A DNA stretch of 64,000 nucleotides from Candidatus Bathyarchaeum tardum (GCA_024650005.2 CP122380.1:800001-864000), one strand, 5' to 3'. Shown: positions 28,972 to 38,325, numbered from the stretch's first letter. Notes: generated by a model not told the origin, from the letters alone. A program made the numbers and translations.

Positions 28972-29265
28972 CTAAAATAGGAAATTAGAAGGTTTCTCAG
29001 TTATGTAATGAATTGCATAATCGAATACACGTTTGTGTGCCGAGTTTATTTGATTCATTAATTTTTCCATGGTATCATTTGCAAAAACTACTTTTTTGTT
29101 TTTTACTGCGATGTATTTGTTGCTGTATTTTTTGCGTAGTTCTTGTTCATTACCAAAAATCCAAAGAAAATCCTTTCGTAATTTATGATTCTTATTCAGG
29201 AGTTTCTTTTCGAGGGCTGGATCTATATCCCTCGTAATCTTGAGAAGTGGCATATGCCTCACCAT
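28972..29265 (-). CDS. DUF5678-like protein
   Basis: ELRKKYSNKYIAVKNKKVVFA. Confidence 0.75.
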   Translation of the reverse strand: MVRHMPLLKITRDIDPALEKKLLNKNHKLRKDFLWIFGNEQELRKKYSNKYIAVKNKKVVFANDTMEKLMNQINSAHKRVFDYAIHYITEKPSNFLF

Positions 29266-29520
29266 ATTTTATGCAAACTAGGTTATTTTAACCTAGCTAT
29301 TTATATTGCTTCTTTCAAAAATGTGTATTTAATACTTTTGATTGTTTACTATGTAAGGATGTTCTGTTTTTTATAGTTTAGACGCATTCTGTATTATTAT
29401 TTTTCGTTTGTTTTTTCTTATAGTTCGGTTTATTGGTTGGTCGATTTAAAGATCAAAACGGTTTCTGTAAACAAGTATCTGCTTTTCAGCGAAAGCCGGT
29501 TACTGTTTTATTTGTATCAA

Positions 29521-30339
29521 TCAAATTTCAAGAGCACCATTTGTCAATTCGATTAAAGTTTTATAGGCTTCAGTTTTTCCAAAAAGAACTGAGTCAGGTA
29601 TCAGTGTCCCGAATCTGGATTTTTCTTTTAACACATAAAGAAATATGATTATTTCTTTTGCGAGTCCTCTTCTGCTTGCATATCGGGTAAGGCGGTTAAA
29701 ATTGATTTTTCCATTTTTCAGAAGATTTCCAAAAATAATTCCCAATTCGTATGAGCTAAAACTAAATTTTTTTCGGGTAATAAAATAGAACAAGTCTACC
29801 CACATTCTCTCTAAAGTTGGAATAATGGGTCCTTTTGCCATAATGAGTCCGTAAAGTTCTTTTCGTTCCAAAATGAATATTGTTTTTCTGTTGTTTTCAG
29901 CGTATTCTTGAAAATCTCTTACTAGAGGTCGCAAAACAACTTTGTAAGTGTTTGATGGGATTGCATCTCGGATACTTTTTGAAAGTATTTTTGTTGTTTC
30001 AATAAATATTGCATCCTTTCCTATAGCATAATGAGAATAATCTGAAAACATACTCAAAGACCAATATACTGGATTTGCCATTGGGAAGCGATTTTTTAAC
30101 TGCGTGGTAAGATCGTAAACATCTGAGGGCAAAATTGGTATTTCAGGCGGAGTTTGACCTTTGCGATATATGCCCCTGCCCACATTCATGATTATGCCCA
30201 TTTTTGCCATTCGACTTAGGTAATTTTTTGCGGTTACACGAGATATTTTTAGATCAGACACAAGATTGTCTATTGAAACGTTGTCATGATTTGTTACGTA
30301 TTCGATTGCTTTTTTTGGGACCGAGGAAAAATCACTCAT
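29521..30339 (-). CDS. AbiEi-like (type IV TA) antitoxin/regulator, orphan
   Basis: wHTH YLSRMAKMGIIMNVGRGIY; C-terminal PTLERMWVDL...RLTRYASRRG. Confidence 0.75.
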   Translation of the reverse strand: MSDFSSVPKKAIEYVTNHDNVSIDNLVSDLKISRVTAKNYLSRMAKMGIIMNVGRGIYRKGQTPPEIPILPSDVYDLTTQLKNRFPMANPVYWSLSMFSDYSHYAIGKDAIFIETTKILSKSIRDAIPSNTYKVVLRPLVRDFQEYAENNRKTIFILERKELYGLIMAKGPIIPTLERMWVDLFYFITRKKFSFSSYELGIIFGNLLKNGKINFNRLTRYASRRGLAKEIIIFLYVLKEKSRFGTLIPDSVLFGKTEAYKTLIELTNGALEI

Positions 30340-30344
30340 GAAAA

Positions 30345-30395
30345 AAAAATATACCTTTGTCAATATATAAGGTTTGTTGTCAAAAGTATATTTTT
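30345..30395. promoter_or_regulatory. Long inverted repeat upstream of the AbiEi-like gene
   Basis: AAAAATATACCTTTGTCAA...TTGTCAAAAGTATATTTTT flanking TATATAA; AbiEi proteins autorepress through promoter inverted repeats. Confidence 0.7.
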
Positions 30396-30424
30396 GGTCT
30401 TGAAATTTTTAATCACGTGATTAA

Positions 30425-30560
30425 CTGAGTTAAAAAATATTTGAACAAGCGCCCCTTTGGAAAGAATACAGAAGTAGTTGTTGTTTTTTGTGCATGTAAT
30501 TCACAACAACTAGTTTAAAAAATGCATCAAATCGTTTTTGGATATTTAAACATGTTTTTG
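30425..30560 (+). repeat. Array repeat element (IR2, GTT type)
   Basis: TTTGGAAAGAATACAGAAGTAGTTGTTGT..CATGTAATTC..ACAACAACTA. Confidence 0.87.
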
Positions 30561-30695
30561 GAATAAATGTTGATAAAACTCAATATAAGTTGCCACATCT
30601 TCAACACTTATTCTAACCAATCTTTTGAGGTTTTCTTTGTTTAAAGGTGACATAGTTTATCACCCATCAAGCAAGCGATCTTTTTTGTACACAAT

Positions 30696-30803
30696 TTAGA
30701 CCTTTTTTTTTCCCGCATCAGATCGTTTCTTTCTCCATGAACCGTCTTTGTTTCTTTCTCTTTCTTTTGACCATTTGCCTTTTTTTACTCGAGGTGCAGG
30801 CAT
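30696..30803 (-). CDS. 35-aa highly basic small protein (absent from the ORF track)
   Basis: MPAPRVKKGKWSKERERNKDGSWRKKRSDAGKKKV*; TTTTATA box about 36-42 nt upstream. Confidence 0.55.
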   Translation of the reverse strand: MPAPRVKKGKWSKERERNKDGSWRKKRSDAGKKKV

Positions 30804-30957
30804 ATTATTCCCTGAGAAACAAATTATGGTATATTTAGTATAAAAATTTAATTATGAAAACAAAATAATACTGATTGATGGATAAAAAGTCTTTTTTATA
30901 ACTAACAAGATACAAATTCAAGGGGCATAAAAAATTCCTCGAAAGAAAAAATCCATC

Positions 30958-31350
30958 TTGTCGGATGCACTTGGTTTAAATGATTTAAAGATAAAACCTG
31001 CAAAACTTCCAAAAATAAAACCAATTAGCAGTATCATTTTGAAATTTGATTCTGAAGAAAAAAGAGTTGCAATTCCAGCAAGTACTAAAAAAGAAGTTTA
31101 CTCACGCGCAAAAGGTAAATGTGAAAGTTGTGGAACAAAAATGAAAATGACAGGTGATGGAGGAGATTTTCATCACACTAGAAAACCCAGTGTTAAATCA
31201 AGGCCGTCTTCAATACAGTTTTTGTGTGCTGTTTGCCACCGTAGATATGGACATGCAAAACGTACAAAAATAGTCAAAAATGCATTTGGAACTGTTATTG
31301 AAAAGAAAGTAACCATAACCCGAAGAAAAGTTGGTAAACATAAACAATAG
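30958..31350 (+). CDS. HNH-like zinc-binding endonuclease
   Basis: IPASTKKEVYSRAKGKCESCG...DFHH...IQFLCAVCHRRYGH. Confidence 0.75.
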   Translation: MSDALGLNDLKIKPAKLPKIKPISSIILKFDSEEKRVAIPASTKKEVYSRAKGKCESCGTKMKMTGDGGDFHHTRKPSVKSRPSSIQFLCAVCHRRYGHAKRTKIVKNAFGTVIEKKVTITRRKVGKHKQ

Positions 31351-31639
31351 ATTAGTTTTTTGTTATAGTATTTGGTTTTGTGTGTTGTGCGAAGAGAAGT
31401 AGATAAGGGTAGCGAGTAGAGTTAAACAGGAGAAAAAATAAGGGGAAAAAGCATAAATTTTAACCAACCAGCCTTAAATTCATAATACAATCTTTTGTTA
31501 TTTCCCATTTTTTTTAATTTATGTGAGTTATCCACATATTGAATCAAGTCGTCTTTGATATTTTGGCGTATTCTTGTTTTGGGTTGGTTTTTGGGTTTGG
31601 AGAGATTTTTAGGGGTTGTTGTTTGTGTTGTGTTTGGTT

Positions 31640-33100
31640 TTAGTTTAGTTGGTAAATTGTGATTCTTTGGTAGTTTTGTATTGGTTTCCATTGGTTTGGG
31701 ATTTGTAGTTGGTGTAGGGTTTGGTTTTGGTTCCACCATATAAAGTATAAGTTGTTGTAGCCTTGGTTTTTTGTGTAGTTTGCAGCATTTTCTAAATTAA
31801 AGTCAAACAGGTATGCTTGATGGTTTGTGTTTAGGTATAGCATTGCCCAGTTGTCAAATAGGTCGTGAATTAGCACTGCTGAGTTGTTGTTCATGTTGTT
31901 GTTTAGCCAGTTGAAAGCTTGTTGGGTGCCCTTAATGTCCTGCAATGGGATTGAAGTTGTTTGCATAGTTGAAGGGACATATTTTGTAGTTCCGCCCCAG
32001 TTGATAAATCCTTTATTGTTGTCCGATAACGGCCATGCCATAAATATTGTTGCCATGGTCATGGAAGCAAGAATTAATAGTATGCAGATTTTTTTGGCAT
32101 GTTTGAATTGTTTAATAAAGTTTAGTAATTTGTTTTTGTTTTGGTTTTTTACGATTTTGTGCAGTCCATTAGTAGCATAAAATGAGAATGGAAAAATTAG
32201 AAGCAGCATCCATCTTGCCCATAAAAATACTGAAAAAAATGGGGCAACTAAGCAGCCTAATCCGGTGATTAGTAATAGGATTGTCCAAATAGTAAACGGC
32301 CTATCTTTAAAGTATCCAATTATGATCAGGGGCATCATTAAGCCATACAATAAAAGAAACAAAGAAGCTACATTAGACGCCAACTGGAAGTATGAAGAGT
32401 ACGTTTCTATCGGGGTTTGAACCGTTAAGTAATCTGTCAAAAAAAACAGTCCCCCCGGATGAGCCCAAACGCTATCGTCTATCCGGACAATATTGGATTC
32501 CGTAGGGATCGCAAACGGTGAAATCCAAAAAAAGTTGCCCATAAACAGCAATATCGCAGGAAGAATCGCCAAAAAAAGTTTGTACGGAATTTTTTGTTTT
32601 TTTAACGCACTAACAATAACCCAGCCAAACACAATAAAGAACAAAGAAGCCATCGCAAGTTCATGACCCCAAACCGTAAAAATGGCCAGTACCGATAAAA
32701 CGGTTAATTCTTTGAAAGACGCATCATTTTTCAGCAACGGAAAAGCAAACAGCAAAACCATTACGCCCAGCATGTTTCGGTAAAATTGCCAACTAACCGC
32801 TAAACTTGCAAGTTGTAAAGAAAAAATTAACGAAACTAATAGGCACTTTTTTGGGTTCCATTTTAGTCGTTTCCAAGCAACAAAATATACTCCCGCACAG
32901 GTTCCAGCATACAATAACGGAGCAAATATTTTCAGGATAATAAACGGATCAACCTTAGTAATATTAGTTAAAGCAACTAAAATTCCGTAAACCAGCCAAG
33001 AATTAACTAAATCACTGCCAACAGTAAAGGCAACCCCCGAATTCATCCGAGAAGCATAATAAATTGTATCCAAACCAACAGGAAACGGAAAACTTAACAA
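31640..33100 (-). CDS. Multi-pass membrane protein (GT-C-like), paralog of 55286-56827
   Basis: Shared DTIYYASRMNSG, SWQFYRN, WAHPGGLFF, KYVPSTMQ; homologous N-terminus continues in frame to about 33170 with no ATG. Confidence 0.8.
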   Translation of the reverse strand: MLSFPFPVGLDTIYYASRMNSGVAFTVGSDLVNSWLVYGILVALTNITKVDPFIILKIFAPLLYAGTCAGVYFVAWKRLKWNPKKCLLVSLIFSLQLASLAVSWQFYRNMLGVMVLLFAFPLLKNDASFKELTVLSVLAIFTVWGHELAMASLFFIVFGWVIVSALKKQKIPYKLFLAILPAILLFMGNFFWISPFAIPTESNIVRIDDSVWAHPGGLFFLTDYLTVQTPIETYSSYFQLASNVASLFLLLYGLMMPLIIIGYFKDRPFTIWTILLLITGLGCLVAPFFSVFLWARWMLLLIFPFSFYATNGLHKIVKNQNKNKLLNFIKQFKHAKKICILLILASMTMATIFMAWPLSDNNKGFINWGGTTKYVPSTMQTTSIPLQDIKGTQQAFNWLNNNMNNNSAVLIHDLFDNWAMLYLNTNHQAYLFDFNLENAANYTKNQGYNNLYFIWWNQNQTLHQLQIPNQWKPIQNYQRITIYQLN

Positions 33101-33234
33101 TTCAGGAATTAATCGAACAAGAAAACCTACTATAGAAACAAGGAATATTGTTTTACTGTGGCTTAACTGAAAAATTTTATGTATGAATAATTTTATGCCT
33201 CATTTGATTATGTTCTTAAAAATATTTACTGAAA

Positions 33235-34317
33235 CTAACAGGTATTAATATAACGTATAATTTTTTTTGCTGCTTTTCCATCTCCGAAAGGATTTGTCCA
33301 TTTATTTTTTTTGTTAAGCATAATTTGTGTACTTTCAAGAATTTTATCCGGGTTAATGCCCGCCAACATATTGGATCCAACTTCAACGGTTTCAGGTCTT
33401 TCAGTATTATCACGTAAAGTAACACAAGGAACCCCCAAAATGCATGTTTCTTCTTGTACCCCTCCCGAGTCAGTAAGCACAAGTCTAGTGTTACTTTCAA
33501 GCTGCAAGAATGATAAATAATCTAAAGGATCAATAAGCCTAATACCATCTAATTTCAAGCCAAATTCATCTAAACGTTTTCTAGCCCTAGGATGAATAGG
33601 GTAAATCAGTTCCATATCAAGTTCCTTTCCAACAGTTTGCAGGCCTTCAATAATTCTGCGAAACCGTTCTTCATTGTCAACGTTTTCCTGTCGATGAAGA
33701 GTAACCAAAAAATAATCTTTCCCCTTGAGGCCAAAATTGCTTAAAACATCAGTTTTGGTTTTTGAAATCTTTAAATTCTGGAAGACAGAATCAACAATAG
33801 TGTTACCCGTAACGAATATTTTTTCTTTAGCAATGCCTTCATTAAGCAGAATTTGTTTTGATTTTTCTGTTGGAGCAAACAGATAATCAGAAGAGTGGTC
33901 CGCTAATACTCTGTTGATTTCTTCTGGCATTGTTCGGTCATAACTTCTTAATCCCGCTTCAACATGGCCAACTTTTATTCCTAGTTTAACTGCAGCTAAA
34001 GCACCAGCAAGAACTGTGTTAGTATCGCCCTGAACTAGCACTACGTCCGGTTTTTCTTTTTGGAGTACTTGTTCTATGTTAATCAGTATTCTTCCAGTTT
34101 GTTCTGCATGACTGCCTGAACCCACATCTAAATTGTATTTTGGTTCAAGTAACGCAAGTTCTTCAAAAAACACTCGATCCATATTGTAAGAATAATGCTG
34201 TCCCGTGTGAAGAACAAAATAATCCAAACCTAAATGTTCACACACACGAATAACTGGAGACATCTTAATAATCTCAGGACGAGTCCCAAGAATAATCGAA
34301 ATTTTCACTGTGTACAA
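33235..34317 (-). CDS. wecB: UDP-N-acetylglucosamine 2-epimerase (non-hydrolysing)
   Basis: GTRPEIIKM, HTGQHY, QGDTNT, HVEAGLRS, TDSGGVQEE, TERPE. Confidence 0.95.
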   Translation of the reverse strand: MYTVKISIILGTRPEIIKMSPVIRVCEHLGLDYFVLHTGQHYSYNMDRVFFEELALLEPKYNLDVGSGSHAEQTGRILINIEQVLQKEKPDVVLVQGDTNTVLAGALAAVKLGIKVGHVEAGLRSYDRTMPEEINRVLADHSSDYLFAPTEKSKQILLNEGIAKEKIFVTGNTIVDSVFQNLKISKTKTDVLSNFGLKGKDYFLVTLHRQENVDNEERFRRIIEGLQTVGKELDMELIYPIHPRARKRLDEFGLKLDGIRLIDPLDYLSFLQLESNTRLVLTDSGGVQEETCILGVPCVTLRDNTERPETVEVGSNMLAGINPDKILESTQIMLNKKNKWTNPFGDGKAAKKIIRYINTC

Positions 34318-34885
34318 CTCACTTTAGGTTACTTCAGACCAAACATTATCTGTCTTTTAGAAATGTAGTTTGAGCACTGAATTACCATTTTTGTTTATCA
34401 ATTTAGATATAAGGATTCGTATTGTTTTTATTTAATGAACAAACTGTGTTGAGCCCAAAAATAATTAAGGATTTTTTAGTAACGAAATGAAATTGTGTAA
34501 AACAAAATTTTCATTCAAAGATTTTTTAAAGCATTCAATTTTTTTGACACAAATAGTAAATTATTATGGATAACATTACATTGAAGTTTGAGTTTTTGGT
34601 TATTGCTGTATATTTGTTTGTTTTTGTGGTCTGTTGATTAGGTTTTCTGTGAAGACTAAAAAATGGGACGATAACATTATGGATGTGAAGCATTAATAAT
34701 TTCTTGGGTTATTTCGTAAGTTTCGTCACAACATTCCAAAAGTTCATTATGTACGTAAAGTACACGTTTTTTTGAGTAATAGAGAATTGTAACAATTCCT
34801 TCTTCTTTTGCTACATTTACTGCGGGCACAAAGTCACTGTCACCCGTTATTAAAACGGCTTTATCAATGATGGTTTTGATTTTTT

Positions 34886-34970
34886 GTAGTTGTTGTTTTT
34901 TGGTTGAGCACGATTTTGTATTAGCAGTATTTTTGTTGTTGTAGGGGTAGGGGGGTCAACAACAACAAAT
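34886..34970 (+). repeat. Array repeat element, G-loop IR3
   Basis: TTTGTTGTTGT-AGGGGTAGGGGGGTCA-ACAACAACAAA, followed by the epimerase leader. Confidence 0.88.
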
Positions 34971-35047
34971 CTGTTAGAGAAAAGATTGTTAGAAGGGAAA
35001 TACCTGATTATTTGTTGCTGGTAGTTTTCAAAAGCAGGTACAAAAAC

Positions 35048-35300
35048 ATGTCAGTTGGTTTTTCTAAAATTTTGGTTACAGGTGGTGCAGGTTTCATTGG
35101 AAGTCACATTTTTGATAAGTTGCTCGAGGAAGGAATCAAAGTAAAGGTAATTGATAATCTTTCAACTGGAGATATAACAAACCTTAGTCAGCACGCAAAC
35201 AACCCTGATTTTGAGTTCATCCAAGGAGAAATCTGAGATTTTGATTTTGTCCAAAAAGCTGTCAAAGGGGTTGATGCACTAGTCCATGATGCAGGCCGGG
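35048..35300 (+). pseudogene. 5' fragment of NAD-dependent epimerase
   Basis: [13 protein letters not shown]; in-frame TGA ending 35236; homology ends near 35295. Confidence 0.88.
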
Positions 35301-35364
35301 GTAAAATGTTGTTTAAGAAATTGTTTAATAATTGTTAGTTGTCAGGTTTTTGTGGGGTCAACCA

Positions 35365-35577
35365 ATGACAGTGACTGTTAATGAAGAAGAGATAAAGTTA
35401 GTGCTTGACAGGTTGGACACAGTTAAGCTTGAGCTTTTAAGGCTCAGAGCATTGCTTTTGCCTGAAGAAGAAGAAGAAGCAACTGATGAAGACAAAAAAG
35501 AGATTCAAGAAGCAAAAAATGAAATTGTAAATGGTTCAAAAGTTAATCTTGAAGATTTAATTAAAGAACTGTGCTGA
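35365..35577 (+). CDS. Orphan antitoxin, paralog of 9802-10008 (relE lost)
   Basis: LVLDRLDTVKLELLRLRALLLPEE shared; no relE follows. Confidence 0.8.
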   Translation: MTVTVNEEEIKLVLDRLDTVKLELLRLRALLLPEEEEEATDEDKKEIQEAKNEIVNGSKVNLEDLIKELC

Positions 35578-35724
35578 TTTTTTTGTTTCAGGCTCTTGGG
35601 CGTTAATGTTGAAATTTTGGTCAGAGTTTGTGGGCGTTGTAGAGTTTTGTATCTATTTCTTTTTGGGGTGATTGATGGGTGTTGATGGCATCTTTTAAAA
35701 AGGGCTAGAGTAGTTAGTTTATTT

Positions 35725-36027
35725 GTGGGCAGCATGAAGTCAATTGATGAAATAAAAGGTGTTTTGGTTGAACATAAAAGGGAGCTAAGAGAAAGATTTC
35801 ATGTAAAAGAGATTGGTGTTTTTGGTTCTTTTGTGAGAAAAGAACAAAAAAAGGGAAGTGATGTTGATGTGTTGGTTGATTTTTTTGAGACCATAGATTT
35901 GTTTACGTTTGTTGAACTTGAGAATTATTTAAGTGAGCTTTTAGGGGTTAAAGTTGATCTAGTTATGAAGGGAGCTCTTAAGCCTCGGTTGGAGGAGAGA
36001 ATTTTAAGTGAGGCTGTTTATGTGTGA
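35725..36027 (+). CDS. MNT antitoxin (copy 2)
   Basis: Protein identical to 22184-22486. Confidence 0.93.
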   Translation: MGSMKSIDEIKGVLVEHKRELRERFHVKEIGVFGSFVRKEQKKGSDVDVLVDFFETIDLFTFVELENYLSELLGVKVDLVMKGALKPRLEERILSEAVYV

Positions 36028-36365
36028 GAGATTTTCGTGTCTACCTTGAAGATATGGTTGAAGCCATTAATTGTATAGAGGAGTACACGCGGGGGATGAG
36101 TTATGAAGCATTTGTTAAGGATAGAAAAACCGTAGATGCTGTAGTTAGAAATTTTGAAATCATTGGTGAAGCAGCTAAAAACGTTCCAAATGAGGTAAGA
36201 AAAATTTACTCCAACTTGCCTTGGAAGGAAATGTCAGGAATGAGAGATAAACTGATCCATGCATATTTTGGAGTTAAATTAGATGTTTTATGGAAAACAA
36301 TTAAAGAACGCTTAATTGTGGTAAAATTATTAGTTGAAGAAGCTCTGGTCGAATTGGAACAATAA
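36024..36365 (+). CDS. HEPN/DUF86 toxin (copy 2)
   Basis: Protein identical to 22483-22824. Confidence 0.93.
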   Translation: MRDFRVYLEDMVEAINCIEEYTRGMSYEAFVKDRKTVDAVVRNFEIIGEAAKNVPNEVRKIYSNLPWKEMSGMRDKLIHAYFGVKLDVLWKTIKERLIVVKLLVEEALVELEQ

Positions 36366-36408
36366 AGACTGAACGGACAGTTTCTATTCGAATTCTGTTT
36401 TGTGTAAA

Positions 36409-36772
36409 CAAAAATTCTGTTTTCTTTTTGTTGTCTGAATTGAAAAATGTGTACACAACAACATCTTGGAAATAATGCAGAAGTAGTTGTTTTTTTGCTG
36501 CAGGTAATTAACAACAACTACTGTTTAAAAAGGGAATCAAAACACGTTTAGTAATTGAACAGGATTTAAAAAAATGTTATTTTTGTTGTTGTTAGAGTTG
36601 AAAAAACTTTTGAACAGCAATATTTTGTAGAGTACAGAAGTAGTCGTCTTTTCTGTACCAGTTACTGGACGACTACTACTTTATAGAATATATTAAAACA
36701 TGTTTTTTGTTTGTACATGATTACACAAAAAATGTAGATTTGTTGTTATCAGAAGGGTAGGGGGTCAACAAT
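36409..36772 (+). repeat. Two tandem array repeat units
   Basis: AGTAGTTGTT 36482-36491 / AACAACTACT 36513-36522; IR1 near 36585-36620; AGTAGTCGTC 36639-36648 / GACGACTACT 36668-36677; degenerate G-loop IR3 near 36740-36771; IR2 copies 157 bp apart. Confidence 0.92.
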
Positions 36773-36855
36773 GATTGTTTTTTGGCGGGTCTGGGTGATT
36801 GTTGGTTTGGGTTATGTTTAAGTAATACTTGTTGTAGGTATTACTTGTGTTAAGT

Positions 36856-37083
36856 ATGACTGAAGTTGCGGTTACGAAAAAGGGGCAAGTTACAATACCT
36901 GTGGAGCTAAGAAGGAAGTTTGGCATAGAAGAGAGTTCAAAAGTGGAAATAGTAGAGGAAGAGGGAAAAATTGTGATCAGAAAGTGTTCCAGCATTTTTG
37001 ATTTAGCAGGCAGTGGTGCAGGTAAAGCTGAAGTCAAAGAGTTAAAAAGGGCTTTAGATCAGATGAGGCAAGAAGATGACTGA
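36856..37083 (+). CDS. AbrB-family antitoxin (copy 2)
   Basis: Identical to 18044-18271 except the last residue. Confidence 0.92.
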   Translation: MTEVAVTKKGQVTIPVELRRKFGIEESSKVEIVEEEGKIVIRKCSSIFDLAGSGAGKAEVKELKRALDQMRQEDD

Positions 37084-37474
37084 AAGTTGCTTGTATGATA
37101 CTCGTTTTTTTGTTGAATATTTTTATTCTGCTGATGTAGAATTTCTCAACAAGCTCAAAAAAGATCTTAAAGACGTGAAAGAGCGTTTGGTTTCTGCTTT
37201 GGTTGTTCATGAAATTCATAAGATCAATCTAGAAAAACAAGGGAAACAAGTTGCTGTCTTAAGGAGTAACATCATTTGCAGGGATTTTAAAGTTGTAGAA
37301 GTGGATTTTGTAATCGCCCTAAAAAGTGCAGAATTAAGAAGCAAGCACAGAATACCCTTAGCAGATAGTGTAATTGCAGCTTCTGCCCAAGTTCACAGAT
37401 GCACTTTAGTTTCAGATGATCCTCATTTCAAAAAAATAAAAAATTTAAAAACAAAATGGTATAGCAGCCTCTGA
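37076..37474 (+). CDS. vapC: VapC/PIN toxin (copy 2)
   Basis: Close paralog of 18264-18662. Confidence 0.92.
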   Translation: MTESCLYDTRFFVEYFYSADVEFLNKLKKDLKDVKERLVSALVVHEIHKINLEKQGKQVAVLRSNIICRDFKVVEVDFVIALKSAELRSKHRIPLADSVIAASAQVHRCTLVSDDPHFKKIKNLKTKWYSSL

Positions 37475-37486
37475 TTGCCTAGAAAC

Positions 37487-37575
37487 GTTGTTATAAAGGC
37501 AACAACATTTTGTAATTAGTATAGAAGTAGTTGTTTTTTGTGTACAGGCAATTCACAACTACTACTGGTTTAAAC
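37487..37575 (+). repeat. Array repeat element, chimeric copy
   Basis: Left of CAACAACATTTTG (37500-37512) matches 18663-18700; right matches 22928 onward. Confidence 0.9.
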
Positions 37576-37690
37576 AGTGTCAAACTTCAGAAAAGCATTC
37601 TTTTGTTAACTAATTAATTTATGAAAGTTGATTTTTTCTGGTTTTGATTTTTTATGGATTTTTGGTGTTGTAAATTGTGATGCTGTATTT

Positions 37691-38098
37691 TTATTTTGTG
37701 GATTTAGTGATGTCGTTCAGTTTTAAAGCTTTGGTGTATGATGCGATTTTTTTTGTTAGCCGCATATCTTCGGTTATAAGTGTTAGTTCTTTTGTTTTGG
37801 CATGGTAAGTGTATGAGGCGTCGTAGAATGTGATTTTCAGTTTTGTTGCGGTTTCTAGTATTTCTTCTTCGGTGCAGTTTATTTGTGTGATTTCCATGAG
37901 GTTTAGTGTTTGCTTGATTATTTTTGCTAGTTTTTTAATTTCTTGATCTGTAGCGTTGGCGTGTAAGGAATAATTTTTCCATAGGATGTTTCCCAGTTCG
38001 TACCTTGCCAGTTCTATTGTGTGGTTTCCAATTAGAAAGTCGATTTTGTTTTCTTTTATGGCGTTAAATATGGCAGATGAGTCGAATAGGTATTTCAT
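37691..38098 (-). CDS. vapC: VapC/PIN toxin (second family, copy 2)
   Basis: Near-identical to 23105-23512. Confidence 0.92.
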   Translation of the reverse strand: MKYLFDSSAIFNAIKENKIDFLIGNHTIELARYELGNILWKNYSLHANATDQEIKKLAKIIKQTLNLMEITQINCTEEEILETATKLKITFYDASYTYHAKTKELTLITEDMRLTKKIASYTKALKLNDITKSTK

Positions 38099-38325
38099 TT
38101 ACGGTTTCTGTCCTCTCTTATGCCCTTCACTATGTTTTCTATGTTTACCCTGTTGAGTGTTGGTTTTAGTTTTTGTATGTCTTCTTTGAGTTTTTCTGCT
38201 TCTCTTCGTCTTATTTCGTCTTCTATGGCTTTTCGTAATAGTTTGGATGGTTTAATGTTTAGTTGTTTTATTTTTTCTTTGAGTTCTTGGGGGATTTTTG
38301 TGGAGACGGTTACAGACTTGTTCAA
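38095..38325 (-). CDS. RHH/VapB-type antitoxin (copy 2)
   Basis: Same protein as 23509-23739 from TTG 38325. Confidence 0.85.
   Translation of the reverse strand: MNKSVTVSTKIPQELKEKIKQLNIKPSKLLRKAIEDEIRRREAEKLKEDIQKLKPTLNRVNIENIVKGIREDRNRK

Noticed and set aside
29400-29520. AbiEii toxin downstream of the AbiEi-like gene
   Set aside because: Only a stop-interrupted TGFR-like trace; not enough to call even a pseudogene.
31422-31739. 105-aa Pro/Thr/Asn/Lys-rich ORF
   Set aside because: Alternative-frame product of extreme A/C bias overlapping the 31640-33100 gene.
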